Positions 62,480-64,000 of a DNA stretch of 64,000 nucleotides are shown here, in pieces. The position numbers and the translations under genes are program-made. The DNA is from Alphaproteobacteria bacterium. GTDB lineage: Bacteria; Pseudomonadota; Alphaproteobacteria; Bin95. Numbering within the stretch: position 1 is the stretch's first letter; each line of letters begins with the position of its first letter. The stretch is from the NCBI GenBank assembly GCA_963665325.3, contig CAXXWS020000002.1, positions 160,001 to 224,000 of the forward strand, read 5' to 3'. Below the pieces are notes generated by a model. It saw only the letters and a program-made list of their open reading frames with translations, did no database searches and was not told the DNA's origin.

Positions 62480-62512
62480 GCCTGCGGTTCCAGGGACGAT
62501 GGAACCGCAGGC
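62480..62512. terminator. 13-bp perfect stem-loop between convergent genes
   Basis: GCCTGCGGTTCCA-GGGACGA-TGGAACCGCAGGC; no long T tract. Confidence 0.6.
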
Positions 62513-62525
62513 GCGCAGTTGAGGG

Positions 62526-63995
<1,470 letters not shown>

Positions 63996-64000
63996 GGGGT

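Overview
GC-rich bacterial chromosome window, probably alphaproteobacterial: there is an alpha-type LexA-like box and a sigma54/NtrC-like promoter. The many AAA_14, Uma2, PIN and Calx-beta accessory genes resemble host-associated marine symbionts, which is inference only. Housekeeping and catabolic genes (Sdh/Frd-like operon, rpe, pgk, cobB, mnmE, tldD, several dehydrogenases) are interspersed with accessory DNA. The clearest event is a 4,383-bp TG...CA element with a 4-bp target duplication that splits ureC inside an otherwise intact urtABCDE-ureDABCEFG operon. It encodes a Zn-ribbon/HTH protein, a DDE transposase, an ExeA/TnsC-like ATPase and, unusually, a RepA/SF4-like AAA_25 ATPase followed by GTTACC iteron-like repeats and a branched hairpin, making it a candidate transposon with its own replication module. 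Other highlights: a beta-CASP metallo-beta-lactamase RNase paired with an AT-rich PD-(D/E)XK nuclease (candidate defence system); a Dsr1-like SIR2 defence gene; single accessory genes (AAA_14 ATPase, Uma2) bracketed by ~30-bp direct repeats of host sequence; a CTAG-flanked MITE; an HTH-extended Phd/VapC toxin-antitoxin pair; and three nested IS remnants. No rRNA, tRNA or CRISPR array was seen. All family calls come from reading motifs by eye; no database search was run.
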